Assembly (NCBI GenBank): GCA_963823665.1
Contig: CAWGMQ010000012.1
Span: forward strand, 32,001 to 96,000
Source: an uncultured Planctomycetota bacterium
Lineage (GTDB): Bacteria > Planctomycetota > Planctomycetia > Isosphaerales > Isosphaeraceae
Direction: 5' to 3'
Length of the DNA stretch: 64,000 bases
Part shown: positions 21,171-31,675 of the stretch, one piece after another
How positions within the stretch are numbered: the first letter of the stretch is position 1
How the letters are laid out: each line of letters starts with the position of its first letter
The notes under the pieces: model-generated
Seen by the model: the letters and a program-made list of their open reading frames with translations, nothing else
Database searches by the model: none
Told to the model about the DNA's origin: nothing
Position numbers and translations under genes: made by a program

Positions 21171-23093
21171 TAAGGCGTCGCCGCGATTATATGTTGCCCA
21201 GGGGAGTAGAGAGCATGGGAAGAAGTCGCGGAAGGCGATGTGCCAGGCAATCGGTGTGAGGTAATCGGGCACTTTCAAAGGCTGGCCCGGTGCGCCGAGG
21301 ACGCCGGTTCCATCGTTGTGGCCGCTGACGTACCGTGCCGCCGAGCATGCCGCCCAAAGCACCCGTGATCAGGCGGACGTGATGGTGAAAGTCGTCGATC
21401 TTCTCGTCCAGGGATCCCAGCACGGTCTCGGTCCAGAGGGCGGCGCGAAGGGCTCCGCCGCTGGCGGTTACGACTACCAGGATTGGCTGGCGGCGTTCTG
21501 CCGACGACCCGACCGGTTTCTCGAAGGACTGAGCCCAGCGATCGAGCAGCGCCTCGCGTTCCTGCCACGCGCGGCGCGGGGCAGTCGGGGGCATGCTCTT
21601 CTGGAAACCCTGGAGGCTTACGACACGGGCACGGAGCGGGGCGCAGGCGCACGGGGGATAACCTGGTCTCGAAGCTGATTGAAGGCTGACGGGTACCAGG
21701 CGCTGAGATCGCGGACCTCGACCTCGTAGCTGAGCGTTCCGGTCGCCGCCATGAGCGCCAGCATGACGAAAACGACCGCAATCCGTGCCGGCCAGCGCTT
21801 CATCCCGAGGTAGGTGGTGAAGGTCGCCACGACGCCCAGCATGACGCAGATCGAAAACGCGGGCGGAATGATCCTGTGCATGCGGTCGTGGCCAACAAGC
21901 GGCTCGAGGAACGAGGCCGCCAGAAGAACCCCGACGATGACCAGGATATTCTTGGCGTTGGCGTGGGGGTCGAGTCTGTCTGGTGCGAGGTCGAGGACCT
22001 GCTGCAATTGGAACTGGCGCGACACGACCTGCCGCCACAGCTCATGCATCCGGGTCGCGACGCGTGCCCAGACGACGACGACGATCACCACGACGCCAAT
22101 GCCCATTCCGGCCAGCCAGGGCCATGCGATGCCCGGTGGGCCGGCCCCCGGACGCACGGCAGGAACGACTCGCCGGAACAGCCAGGGACAAGAGAGCCGG
22201 CAGCCCCGCATACGCGAGGAACCAGCGCAACCGCGGCACGCTGTCGGCGACCTCCGTCCCGCGCCGAAACAGACCGGTCAAGCCGCTGGCCTCGAGTACG
22301 GGGGCGAAGCGAACCCATACTTGGCGGTCGGGATGGTGGCGATGCACCTCGAAGTCTCGGACGAAGAGAAGGTAGAGCATCCAATACAAAAAAAGCGTTA
22401 CGCCGAGCGCGGCTTGGATCATGGTCGAAGGATTCGGGCTCCAGAACAGTCCGGGCATGCCGATGCTCGCCAGGCCGCCGTAGACTAGCCAGAGCACGAG
22501 CCGATCTCGGCCGCGACCAGCAGACCGGAGAGGCTCGAAAAGACGAGGGCCGACACCACTGGAACCAGCTTGCGGAAGTACCAGAAGGAAAGCGCCGCCA
22601 CGACCAGCACGATAGTCTTTTGAGAGTAGCCTTTCACTTGAGTGACCATGGCGGCGACCGGTCCGTCCGCCGAGGTGTTCGCTCGCGCCTGGTCGCGCGA
22701 CTCCCAACGATCGATGAATGGTGGGACGATCGCGATCAACAAAATGACGAGAACGAGAGCCCAGAGCTTTCGAGCATGGCCCCCGTGGGAAGCTGCGGGA
22801 ACAGGGCGTTCGATCACGAGATGCTCCCTCTAGCCTCTAGAGAAGTAGGCCGCTTCAACACTGCCATGTATTCCATACGTCAGGACGTCGGCACGCAAGC
22901 TCCTGCCGATCCTCTCTCCGAGTTTTGGTGGTACTCCGCAGTTGGTCGGGTTAGTAGATTCCCGCCGAGGCGGATAGATTTGTGTTGTTCACGACGAATC
23001 GGCTCTTGCAGGGGAGTCGTTGCGGGCGTTCCTTCCGTTGACGTAGAGCATCACACTCAAGTTCGCGAGAAGCCGGGGCAGGGGGCTCATTGC

Positions 23094-23869
23094 ATGGCGA
23101 ATTCTTCCGGCCCAAAACCCCGAATTGGCCTGGGGCATTTGCTCATCGCAATCGCCGGGTGTGGGATCGGCTTCGCAGCTTACCGCACACTCGTACCGGT
23201 CTCATTCCCCGCGAAGTTCGCGCTCTTGTTGTGGGGTTATAGTCTAGGCATGGGGACGGCGTTTGCGCGATTCTGGCTGGCTCATTTCTGCTGTGCTTCC
23301 GTACCTGGCGGGGCGGCGAATCGCGTCCTTATCTTCCCGGCCACTGGCTCCTGCTATTGGGCCTGGCGGTGTTGCCGGCCGACGCCGCCGCGGTTCTTGC
23401 TTACAACGACCGTGCCGCGCGCGATCCGTCCTTCACCGTCCCTGTGTACCTGGCCCAATTTATCGCCGGCAAAATGAGGACCTGGCCGCACATGCACCAT
23501 CAGGCAGCCGGATGGGGCTCAGGAGCGTTGATCACATGCGGGTTCCTCTGGTTTCTCCACGGCCGGGTCTCGCGATCGTGGTTCGCTGCGTTCCTGGTCG
23601 CTGCTCTTGGCGTGCTCATTCTCGCCGTCGGCCATATCGTCTCGTTTGTTCTGGCCGTTCGCGGAATCGCCATGCCCGGATTGAATCGGCAGTTCGTCCA
23701 CCTGTATGCCATTGGCGTGGCTTTCGCGGCGATCGCCGTCGCTTCGGCTCTAGCGGCCGACTTGAGAAGCGGCGCTCGAACGGATAATCTCCACTACGTC
23801 GGTGTTTCGGCGTGGCTTGGCATCGCTGCCATCCAACTTGGCACGTACGCCGCTTTCCTCTGGCTCTGA
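23094..23869 (+). CDS. hypothetical integral membrane protein; frameshifted
   Basis: MANSSGPKPRIGLGHLLIAIAGCGIGFAA followed by several hydrophobic segments (ORF 23357..23869), ending LHYVGVSAWLGIAAIQL. Confidence 0.6.
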
Positions 23870-24014
23870 CGACGGCCCGTCCGGCTGATCGCTGGCGCAG
23901 GTGGAGTTACCAGAGGGTACAGGGAGAAACGAGGCAGCGGGTTGGCGGGTCGGTATAATCAGCGCTTCATCCACCGCTTCATGTCGAAGCGGTTCCCTTC
24001 CGGAGGGCGACAGC

Positions 24015-26896
24015 GTGAAAACTGCCGGCGCTGACGGTAATCTCCTTTTCGGCGTGGTTGCACTGCAGACCGACGCAATCACGCGGACGCAATTCGTCGA
24101 TGGCTGTGCCCTATGGGCCAGCCAGAAGGAGCGCTCGCTTGCGGACATTCTCGCGGAGCGGGCGTGGATCACGGCCGAGGATCGGGCCGACGTGGAGCGC
24201 GTGGTCGGTCGGAAGCTCCGTCGGCACGGCCTTCAGCCCCGACGCCCGGTCGCTGTTCGTGTCGGAAAATAAGCGATCTGTCATCAACCAGAACAACAGC
24301 TTCTTCGGTCAGGTCTGGGATCCGGGCAAGGGAAGACCGATTACTGCTCCCATGACAAGCACGAAGTCCGTTTTGTACTCGAGCGGCTGATTGTCTGGTG
24401 ACGAATACCAACAACCTGTGGGTCGTACATGATGCCAAGGACGGCCGCGTGAGGGGTGCTGGCCTTCATGCCGGGACTGCTGAATGGCTTGATTCGCGTC
24501 CGTTTGGTCGCACCATGCTTGCCGCGTCCCATCGCGACGTTCATCTGTGGCAGATATCAACGGATTCAGAGCTGGTTCTCCGTGGAGGAACCGAGTCGCA
24601 AGCATCGCTCTCGGGATCGAGCCGCGAGCCGGATGCGGGATATCACCTCATTCTGGACCGGGCTGTGGACGACGGGGCGAATCGCGATTGCACTGGCCAA
24701 GCGGGCGGGCGAGCCAGCACTGATCCGATTCTCGGATCCGGCGACGGGACGCACTCTGGGAAGGCCCGCCTCGCACTACCCCGGCTGGAAGTTCGGTAGC
24801 TTCGCAGTCAGTCCCGACGGCCGATGCCTCGCGACCGAGAGCCATCAGGACGGTCGCTTCGCGAGCGAGGTGCGACTCTGGAACGCGAGCACGGGCCGGT
24901 TGCAGTGCCCGCCGATTCCGCAACTCAACTACGTCGCGGCCCTGGCCTTCCAGTCCGACGGCAAGGTGCTGGCCACCGGCGATTTCTACGGACTGGTCCG
25001 GCTCTGGGATACCTCGACAGGCCGGGAGATCGGGCATCCGCTTTTTCAATGCGAGATCGTGCTCAGCCTGGCGTTCAGCCCGGATGGCCAGATGCTCGCG
25101 GTGGGGCTTTCCAACGATCATACCGCCAAACCGGGCGTCCGGGTCTGGGACACCGGGACACGCCAACCCGTCGGCGATTTGCTGCCGAGCACCCATCCCG
25201 TCAACCGGATTGAATTCCGTCCCGATGGTCGAGCCCTGCTCGTGGATGCCGGTCCCACCACGCGGCTCTGGGATCTGCCCCGACGGCAGACGATCGGCGA
25301 GCCGATCATTGACGAGGTGTCTTGCGGATTCCGTAGGGATGGTGGGGCGTTCCTCACGGTCGGAAGTGACGGCACGGTCAAACTTCGCGACGCAGCGACG
25401 GCGGCGGTTATTTCCAGCCTGCTCTCCAGCACGTCGCCGGCCACCTGCGCGGCGTTTCGCAGTGATGGTGCGCTCGTCGTCGCGGGGTTCGCGGATGGCA
25501 GCGCCCGGCTCTGCGACCCGGCCACATCGCAGCCGGTCGGTCCACCGCGCTTGCTAAGTCACGGCGTTCATCACGTCGCGTTCGCGCCCGAAGGCCGGAC
25601 TTTTGCCGCGATCGACGAGTTCGGCGAAGCCCGCACCTGGCCCGTTGCCGAGCCGGTCCAGGATGCCGAGCTCGCCGACTTGACGCTGCGGATCGAGGCC
25701 CGGACCGGCCTCCGGATGGACACCGGTCAGGCGATCTCGCGGCTCGACGACCGGGCCTGGCGCGACCGGCTCGAGCGGTTAGGGCAACTCGATCCCACCG
25801 CGTTGCAGCCGGATGACGATTCCGCCTGGTACGAGTTGATGCTCAGTGAGGCCGAGCGGAACGGCCATGCGTTCGCGGCGCTGTGGCATCTCGACCGCCT
25901 GATCGCCGCGCGGCCCGACGATTGGTCCCTCTATGCGCACCGGAGGCGTGCGCGGTCCTTGTCCGACAACTCCGACAGGTTCGCCAAGGCCGCCACGGAC
26001 TACGGGCAGGCGGAGCGGCTGGGCTCCCGCGAGGAGGTCTTGGATTTCCAGACTCAGTGCGTGGTCGACTGCACCGAAGCCGGGCGCTGGGCCGAGGCCC
26101 TCTGGTATCTCGACCGCCTGATCGCCGCGCGGCCCGAGGACGGTTTCCTGCACGAGGACCGCGCGGCGGTCTTCGGCAAACTGGGGCGCGAGGCCGACCG
26201 CCAGGCCGAGCTTGCCCGCGTCTTCGAGCTGGGGGCCGACCAGGGACTGGTCATTCCCCGGGCCGAGGAGCTCGGCAAGGCAGGCCGCTGGGCCAAGGCC
26301 GCGGTCCTGCTGGCGCACTGCGGCCGGACCGGTCCGCTGAGCCGGGAGCTCGCCCAGGCCTGGGTGATCGCCTGTATGAGGGCGGGTGATCGCGCGGGCT
26401 ACCGCGAGGCCTGCCTGCGTTCATCGCCTGCCATCGACCGGAACCGACGGTCTTCTGGAACACCCTGGCCGCGGCTTCGTTCATTGGCCTGGGGGCGCAG
26501 GGCCTGGACGACTACCAGGTGCCAATACACTGGTGCGAAAACCGGCTTGCCGCCGTCCCCGCGCCGGGCAAGCTGGCTCGTCACCTGTTGGTGAGCGCCT
26601 GGGAGGACTGCTGCTCCGGGCCGGCCGGGAGGATGAGGCGATCGCGCACCTGAACGAAGGAATCAACCTCGGAGTAATGGAATTCGCCACCGACTGGGCC
26701 TTCCTGGCAATGGCGGGCGCGGAAGGGAAGGATCGAACAAGCCCGCCGCTCACTGGAGCGTCTCCGCGCTGCGGCTCCGGATCCGTTGGGATCTTTCTGG
26801 GAATTCCAGGAGCTGGCCCTCCTGCGGAGCGAGGCCGAGTCAATGCTCTTCGATGCCGGGTTTCCGAGTGACCCGTTTCACGGTTCGAAGCCGTGA
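24015..26896 (+). pseudogene. Ser/Thr kinase-WD40-TPR protein lacking its kinase domain; frameshifted
   Basis: GGAGG plus a GTG start. The typical planctomycete STK N-terminus DGNLLFGVVALQTDAI...RKLRRHG is joined near 24228 to WD40 repeats (AFSPD...). TPR-like ALWHLDRLIAARP repeats follow, and it ends FPSDPF. No HRD or DFG motif is present. Confidence 0.7.
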
Positions 26897-27061
26897 TCCC
26901 GGCGGCATTCGTCCGACAAGCGGCTTCCGAACGCGATCTCGATTCGCTCCGAAACTACGCCGATTTCCGGGCGCTCAATGCCCGACCGGACTGTCCCACG
27001 CGATCCATTCGCTCGACCGTGACGACCTCAGTCTCATTTTTGTCTGGGCGCCGCCACTGAT

Positions 27062-27592
27062 TCATCCTTGATTGTCCTCGCGGGGAGCATGCCTTGCGGG
27101 CGGCCGTTCGGCGCACCTGGACGGGTTTAACGCCGCCGCGGCCATGCGTCGTTCGAGCACGGCGTGAAGACGGCTGACCGTTCGTAGCAAATCAGCTCGG
27201 TCAACTTCACTCAACTCATCGAATACCGTCGTCATTGCCCTGCAATGTTCTCCCCAAACCCGCTCGCCGACCTTGCTCCCTTCAGGAGTGGTTTCGATCA
27301 CGGTGGCGCGCCGGTCGGTGCAATGGGCGACGCGCCGGACCAACCCCTCGTGCTCGAGCGCATCGACCAGCTTGGTAATGTTGCGGGCCGAGACGTCGAG
27401 CCTCACGCCCAGTTCGCTCATGATCATCGGCCCTTTGACGTGTAGCATGCCGATCAGCTTGAGCCGAGCGTAGCTAATCGATCCCTTCTCATACTTTAAC
27501 TCGAGCCAACGCCTGAATAATGGCATGAGGCGCCCGAAGGCTTCAACGAGGGACTGGGAGTCGGACGTGCGGTCCGAGGAAGACCTTGACAT
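27062..27592 (-). CDS. MarR family transcriptional regulator
   Basis: GPMIMSELGVRLDVSARNITKLVDALEHEGLVRR....DRRATVIETT. Confidence 0.9.
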   Translation of the reverse strand: MSRSSSDRTSDSQSLVEAFGRLMPLFRRWLELKYEKGSISYARLKLIGMLHVKGPMIMSELGVRLDVSARNITKLVDALEHEGLVRRVAHCTDRRATVIETTPEGSKVGERVWGEHCRAMTTVFDELSEVDRADLLRTVSRLHAVLERRMAAAALNPSRCAERPPARHAPREDNQG

Positions 27593-27610
27593 TTCAGACT
27601 CGACTCTCAT

Positions 27611-27659
27611 AATACTGGACCGGTACAATATCAACTCGGTAAGTAGATCGGTCGATATT
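27611..27659. promoter_or_regulatory. putative MarR operator region in the divergent promoter
   Basis: AT-rich stretch with the inverted repeat AATATCAAC (27627-27635) / GTCGATATT (27651-27659) and the imperfect palindrome TACTGGACCGGTA. Confidence 0.35.
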
Positions 27660-27773
27660 ATAAACCGGCGACAGGCCCCTGGACAGCAAAGCCCTCAACC
27701 GGCCCCGACAATAAGTCGGGCTCCAGGGCGGAGGCCGACACGGGGCCTGCACAGTAAAAACGAAGGCGACGAC

Positions 27774-28205
27774 ATGGATGCGATGCTCCGGATGCTGTTG
27801 GGATCTCACCGTTGGGACGTCGCCCAACGTGAGTATCCGCGCGTTGATCGAGCCGTCGATCGGTCCAGCATCCCAGTCATGCCCAGAACAATGGAGGCGC
27901 GGAAAATGGTGCTTTATCTCCTTTGGCTTCTCACACTTTCGGCACCCTTGATTGCTCTGGCGCTAACGGCCGGTTGCACACCCTTACAGAGGACGGTTTC
28001 CGAAACGCGCTTCGTCGCGACGACCGCCAGCGATGCGACTGCTGCGGCGGCGCCACAAGAGGCCGCAGGGCAGTCTCGGAAGCGCGAGCACTCACGGGAG
28101 ATCAAAATCTGGCGCGGCGGAATTGTGTCGATCATCGAAAGGGAAGGTCCACTCGATGAAGAATCGACCGTGGGCCGACGGGTAGACCACACCGCGTCGC
28201 CGTGA
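27774..28205 (+). CDS. hypothetical protein, possible lipoprotein
   Basis: Open frame with the hydrophobic stretch MVLYLLWLLTLSAPLIALALTAGC. No family recognised and the start is uncertain. Confidence 0.35.
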   Translation: MDAMLRMLLGSHRWDVAQREYPRVDRAVDRSSIPVMPRTMEARKMVLYLLWLLTLSAPLIALALTAGCTPLQRTVSETRFVATTASDATAAAAPQEAAGQSRKREHSREIKIWRGGIVSIIEREGPLDEESTVGRRVDHTASP

Positions 28206-28274
28206 CCGTTCGGCGGGCGGCGGCCATAAAACAAACGATTGGACCCTGATCGAGACTCTAGGGAAGGATTCTTC

Positions 28275-29227
28275 GTGCCCTCTACAGAACTCAGCCGCCG
28301 ATTGTCGCGTCAAGAACGCTTGATCTTGCTTGTCCTGGCCACAGTGCAGTTCACGTCGATCGTCGACTTCATGGTGATCATGCCGCTGGCACCTCAGCTC
28401 AAGCGGGCGATCGGCCTGACGACGGACCGATTTGCCTTGGTGGTGGCGGCCTACACCATCGCGGCAGGATTGGCCGGTCTGATTTCGACGGTCTTCCTGG
28501 ACCGGTTCGCGCGGAAACCGACGTACCTGGTGCTTTTCGCCGGGTTTCTGATCGGGACGCTCGCCTGCGGCATCGCTCCCGACTTCGTCAGCCTGTTGGC
28601 GGCCCGCGCACTGACCGGCGCGTTCGGCGGAATCTTGGGTGGCATGGCGATGACGATCATCGGCGATGTCTTCCCCGAGAATCGCCGTGGAACGGCCACC
28701 GGCATCCTGATGGTATCGTTCTCGATGGCCTCGGTCCTCGGAGTACCGATCGGCCTGACGCTCGGGCAGGAGTATGGTTGGCACATCCCGTTCCTTGTCC
28801 TCGCGGCGCTTTGCGTCCCCTTCTTCATCCTGGCAGCTCGGGTGTTGCCCCGACTGGAATGATCACCTCGAGTGTCGTCCCGCGCCTTCGGGGCGGCTTC
28901 ATGGGTGCCAACTCGGCCATTCAACATCTCTCCTCGAGCCTCGGGGTCATCGTCGCCGGTTTCATCCTGTTCGAGCCCAAGAATGGGCCGATCGAGCACT
29001 TCCCCGTCGTCGGCCTGATGGCTGCCATCGTCTCGCTCTCGACCTTGTGGCTTGCCGGCCGACTTCGGGTGGAGGGTGTTGCCGCGGACGAAGCGGCCGT
29101 GGAACCGGTGAAGTCTCAGCTTTCGGTAGCGCACGGACAGGAGAAAGTGCTAAAACCAGCCGTAACAACAAGAGTCGTCTTGTCTCGGGAGGACCAGGTC
29201 GCCCCGATCTCGGCCCGCACCGGATAG
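28275..29227 (+). pseudogene. MFS transporter with internal deletion
   Basis: The N-terminal half (VQFTSIVDFMVIMPL, DRFARK, GDVFPENRRGTATG) ends at VLPRLE*. It is immediately followed in another frame by the late C-terminal motif MITSSVVPRLRGGFMGANSAIQHL. Several TM helices are missing. Confidence 0.75.
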
Positions 29228-29248
29228 ACGGAGCAGGAGGAATCGGCC

Positions 29249-29527
29249 ATGCGCTTTGATCACATGCACTCTGCGGAATTCCTGGAACTGTGCTCCAGAT
29301 TTCCACTGACGCCGATCGAGGATGACGGTTCGTACCGGGCTGCGATCGGGATCCTCGATCGTCTCTTCGAACTTGATGACCTGCGGACTCCGGCCGAGCT
29401 GGAGTATTTCCGGACGTTGGCACAATTCGCTGCTGAATATGAAATGAAATCCAATTCGACGCCCGCCAGCGTTGTTTCCTTCGCCGGCGCGGCGAGCGAC
29501 GAAGCACTGGTGTCCGGCTCGTCTTAA
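29249..29527 (+). CDS. small protein resembling the N-terminal domain of HigA-type antitoxins (no HTH)
   Basis: FLELCSRFPLTPIEDDGSYRAAIGILDRL...ELEYFRTLAQFAAEYE, with a strong SD (AGGAGG). Confidence 0.55.
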   Translation: MRFDHMHSAEFLELCSRFPLTPIEDDGSYRAAIGILDRLFELDDLRTPAELEYFRTLAQFAAEYEMKSNSTPASVVSFAGAASDEALVSGSS

Positions 29528-29537
29528 CGCAGGCGGA

Positions 29538-30098
29538 TCAGAAGAACCATATCACCGGGACCGAGACCATCCACAAGGCAGCCAGGAGGCGGCCGAAACG
29601 GTCGATCCAGCTCGGCTCGGGATACCAGCGGCGAGTTGCGATCAAGCATACCCAGGCCAGCGGCGCGACGGCGGTGACCAACACTCGGAGGCTGATAACG
29701 ATGATTCGCCCGGCGGGCCCAGGAACGCCGAGGAAGGCAAAGGGCAGAGAGGCCAGGAAAACGGCGCAAGGCGGGGCACAGGCGGCGAATCCAGGCTGGC
29801 AGATCAGCGAACGCAACGGAGCACGCGGGCGCTTCAGTCGCATAATCACGAAGGCCGGCAGCAGGAAGAAGAGGAAGCAGAGCACGATGATAATGAGATA
29901 CTTTGCAAGTGTCAGGGAGTTACCGAAATTCCAGAAATAGTTGACCGGGACCGAGCGGATTTTGAATGCGAGCGAGAAGAGGGCGGGCCGGGCCAACGCG
30001 AGCCCCAGCGCCAACGCGATGATGAGGATCATGGCATCGCCCACCCTGAACGGGCGCCGCTGTCTGTGGTCGATGCCGGTGACTGTCGGGTGCTGCAT
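29538..30098 (-). CDS. hypothetical integral membrane protein
   Basis: RRPFRVGDAMILIIALALGLA...QPGFAAC...WYPEPSWIDRFGRLLAALW, with several TM segments and GGAGAGG upstream. Confidence 0.65.
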   Translation of the reverse strand: MQHPTVTGIDHRQRRPFRVGDAMILIIALALGLALARPALFSLAFKIRSVPVNYFWNFGNSLTLAKYLIIIVLCFLFFLLPAFVIMRLKRPRAPLRSLICQPGFAACAPPCAVFLASLPFAFLGVPGPAGRIIVISLRVLVTAVAPLAWVCLIATRRWYPEPSWIDRFGRLLAALWMVSVPVIWFF

Positions 30099-30633
30099 CG
30101 ATCGGTCCTCTCCCCGTTCGTTGTCGGCGTGCGTCGTCTCGCCAGATAAGCCAATGGCCGCTCGCCCAGGGCGTAGGCTGCCACGTGCACTCAGCTCGGC
30201 ACCCGAAAGATGTCCGCGACCACGTTTCACCTGCTAGTATCTTTTGCGGCAGGTTGTGTCTGTTGAATGAGTTAGTGAAATATGGATGAAGCCTTGTTCT
30301 TCAGTTGGTGATGACAAGCTTGCCTTTTGTGAAGGCCAACGACTGAATTGCCAAAACCGTCGCCCAGGAAGAAGAGGACATTGCCGCCTACTTATCTCGT
30401 GTTTTCCATTGCGAGCATGATCGCTCTGGGTGTATTGCTGCCTGGATATCAGATCATCGTGTTCCCGTGGCGTGGACTCGAACGGCTGTGGACTGCGACA
30501 CCTGGGCCGGGCCAACCAGCCGAGGTTTTGTAGGTCCGGCCCTGTTGCGGTTCGGCTCGAAGCGCTGAAGGATGGAGGGGTTGATGACCGTCAATGACAA
30601 CGGACGACTGTCCGCAACCCGTTTACAACCGCC

Positions 30634-31581
30634 ATGCACGAATATGACAAGTGCGGAAAATACCAGATCCAGCACTACGGCGACTCGATTCTTCGGATGG
30701 CGCGTGTGCGGGCCATCTCATCGTGGAAGCCGGTGCAGGCCGAGCTCGTCCAGCACCGGCGGCTTCCGGATGGGCTGATCGAGGTGCTGCACGTCGGCGA
30801 AGACGAGCTCGACACGTATCTTCTGGAAATTGCCACTTACCCCGAAGCACGTGTCGCGAGTCAGGTAATGGACGACATCGCGCTTTCGTGGCTGGGGCGA
30901 CATGTACTTCCGGAGGTCGTGGTCCTATTCCTCTACCCCAAGGGAAATGTCTTGCCGGCGGAAACCATCAAGTTGAAGAGCCGCCAGGGCTGTACGACGT
31001 GGGATGCGTCATGGCGCATCGTCAAGCTGTGGGAAGTGCCGGTTGGCGAGCTACTGGCGACCGGCGATATCGGTGTAGTTCCGTGGGTGCCGCTGGCGCA
31101 GTTCGATGGACCGCCTGAGCCGATCATCCGCGAATGCCGAGCTCGCATCGACAAAGTCGGCTCGCGCGTCGAGAAGGAAAATCTGCTCGCAGTGACTCAA
31201 TTCCTGGCACGCTTGCGGTATAATGACGAGGCGTTGTTCGAGATCCTGGGAGGGCGAAAAGGCATGATCGAGTCGCCGCTGCTTCAAGAGCTCAAGAAAG
31301 AATGGACCGAAGAGGGGAAGCGCGAAGGGAAGCGCGAAGGGAAGCGCGAAGGGAAGCGCGAAGGGAAGCGCGAAGGGAAGCGCGAAGGGAAGCGCGAAGG
31401 GAAGCGCGAAGGGGAAATCGAATCCCTCATGACGTTCTTGATACGGCGGTTTGGCACCCAAGCTGCGTCGCTCAAGACAGAGATCACGGCGATCGCCGAT
31501 GACGCGCGGTTGAAAGACTTGATCGAGCATGCCGCCACGTGCCGGAGCCTGGCGGCGTTTCGCAAGAAGCTCACGTCATGA
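30634..31581 (+). CDS. Rpn/YhgA-like PD-(D/E)XK nuclease-family protein with DUF4351-like C-terminus
   Basis: EYDKCGK, RRLPDGLI, YLLEIATYP, VKLWEV, WVPLA, MIESPLLQE, (EGKR)n, LIRRFG, LKDLIEHAATC. Confidence 0.7.
   Translation: MHEYDKCGKYQIQHYGDSILRMARVRAISSWKPVQAELVQHRRLPDGLIEVLHVGEDELDTYLLEIATYPEARVASQVMDDIALSWLGRHVLPEVVVLFLYPKGNVLPAETIKLKSRQGCTTWDASWRIVKLWEVPVGELLATGDIGVVPWVPLAQFDGPPEPIIRECRARIDKVGSRVEKENLLAVTQFLARLRYNDEALFEILGGRKGMIESPLLQELKKEWTEEGKREGKREGKREGKREGKREGKREGKREGKREGEIESLMTFLIRRFGTQAASLKTEITAIADDARLKDLIEHAATCRSLAAFRKKLTS
31315..31410 (+). repeat. perfect tandem repeat, 8 x 12 bp (GGGAAGCGCGAA), encoding (GKRE)8
   Basis: Directly visible as 96 bp of identical units. Confidence 0.97.
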
Positions 31582-31675
31582 TGCCTTTGTCGGCTCGGCG
31601 GAGATTGTCTCTGAGCACTCTCAGGCTTGTGGCCAAACTAGCAGCGTCCCTGTTTCCGTCCCCTGTTTCCGTCCC

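Larger units (their letters stand above)
18399..22817 (-). pseudogene. membrane-anchored patatin-like phospholipase gene disrupted by an IS insertion (19510-21170)
   Basis: Multi-TM N-terminal half, then VVVTASGGALRAALW, ITGALGG (GxSxG site), NRGDAL|EDAW across the IS, SAVRMSATFPYIT and HVVDAGYYDNYGV. Confidence 0.85.

Noticed and set aside
21876..23477. 533-aa plus-strand ORF and similar long ORFs (33343..35007, 59343..60815, 8314..9492, 50444..51601)
   Set aside because: These are mostly antisense or shadow frames of recognisable genes in GC-rich DNA, with no motifs of their own.
24388..24390. TGA in the WD40 region considered as a second Sec codon
   Set aside because: Sensible protein sequence continues in a different frame (DCLVTNTNNLWVV), so it is a frameshift. 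No SECIS-like hairpin was seen.
28860..28862. TGA in the MFS gene considered as readthrough
   Set aside because: Downstream MFS sequence is out of frame and several helices are missing, which fits a deletion.
31315..31410. Tandem repeat considered as CRISPR
   Set aside because: The units are contiguous 12-mers with no spacers and lie inside a coding frame.
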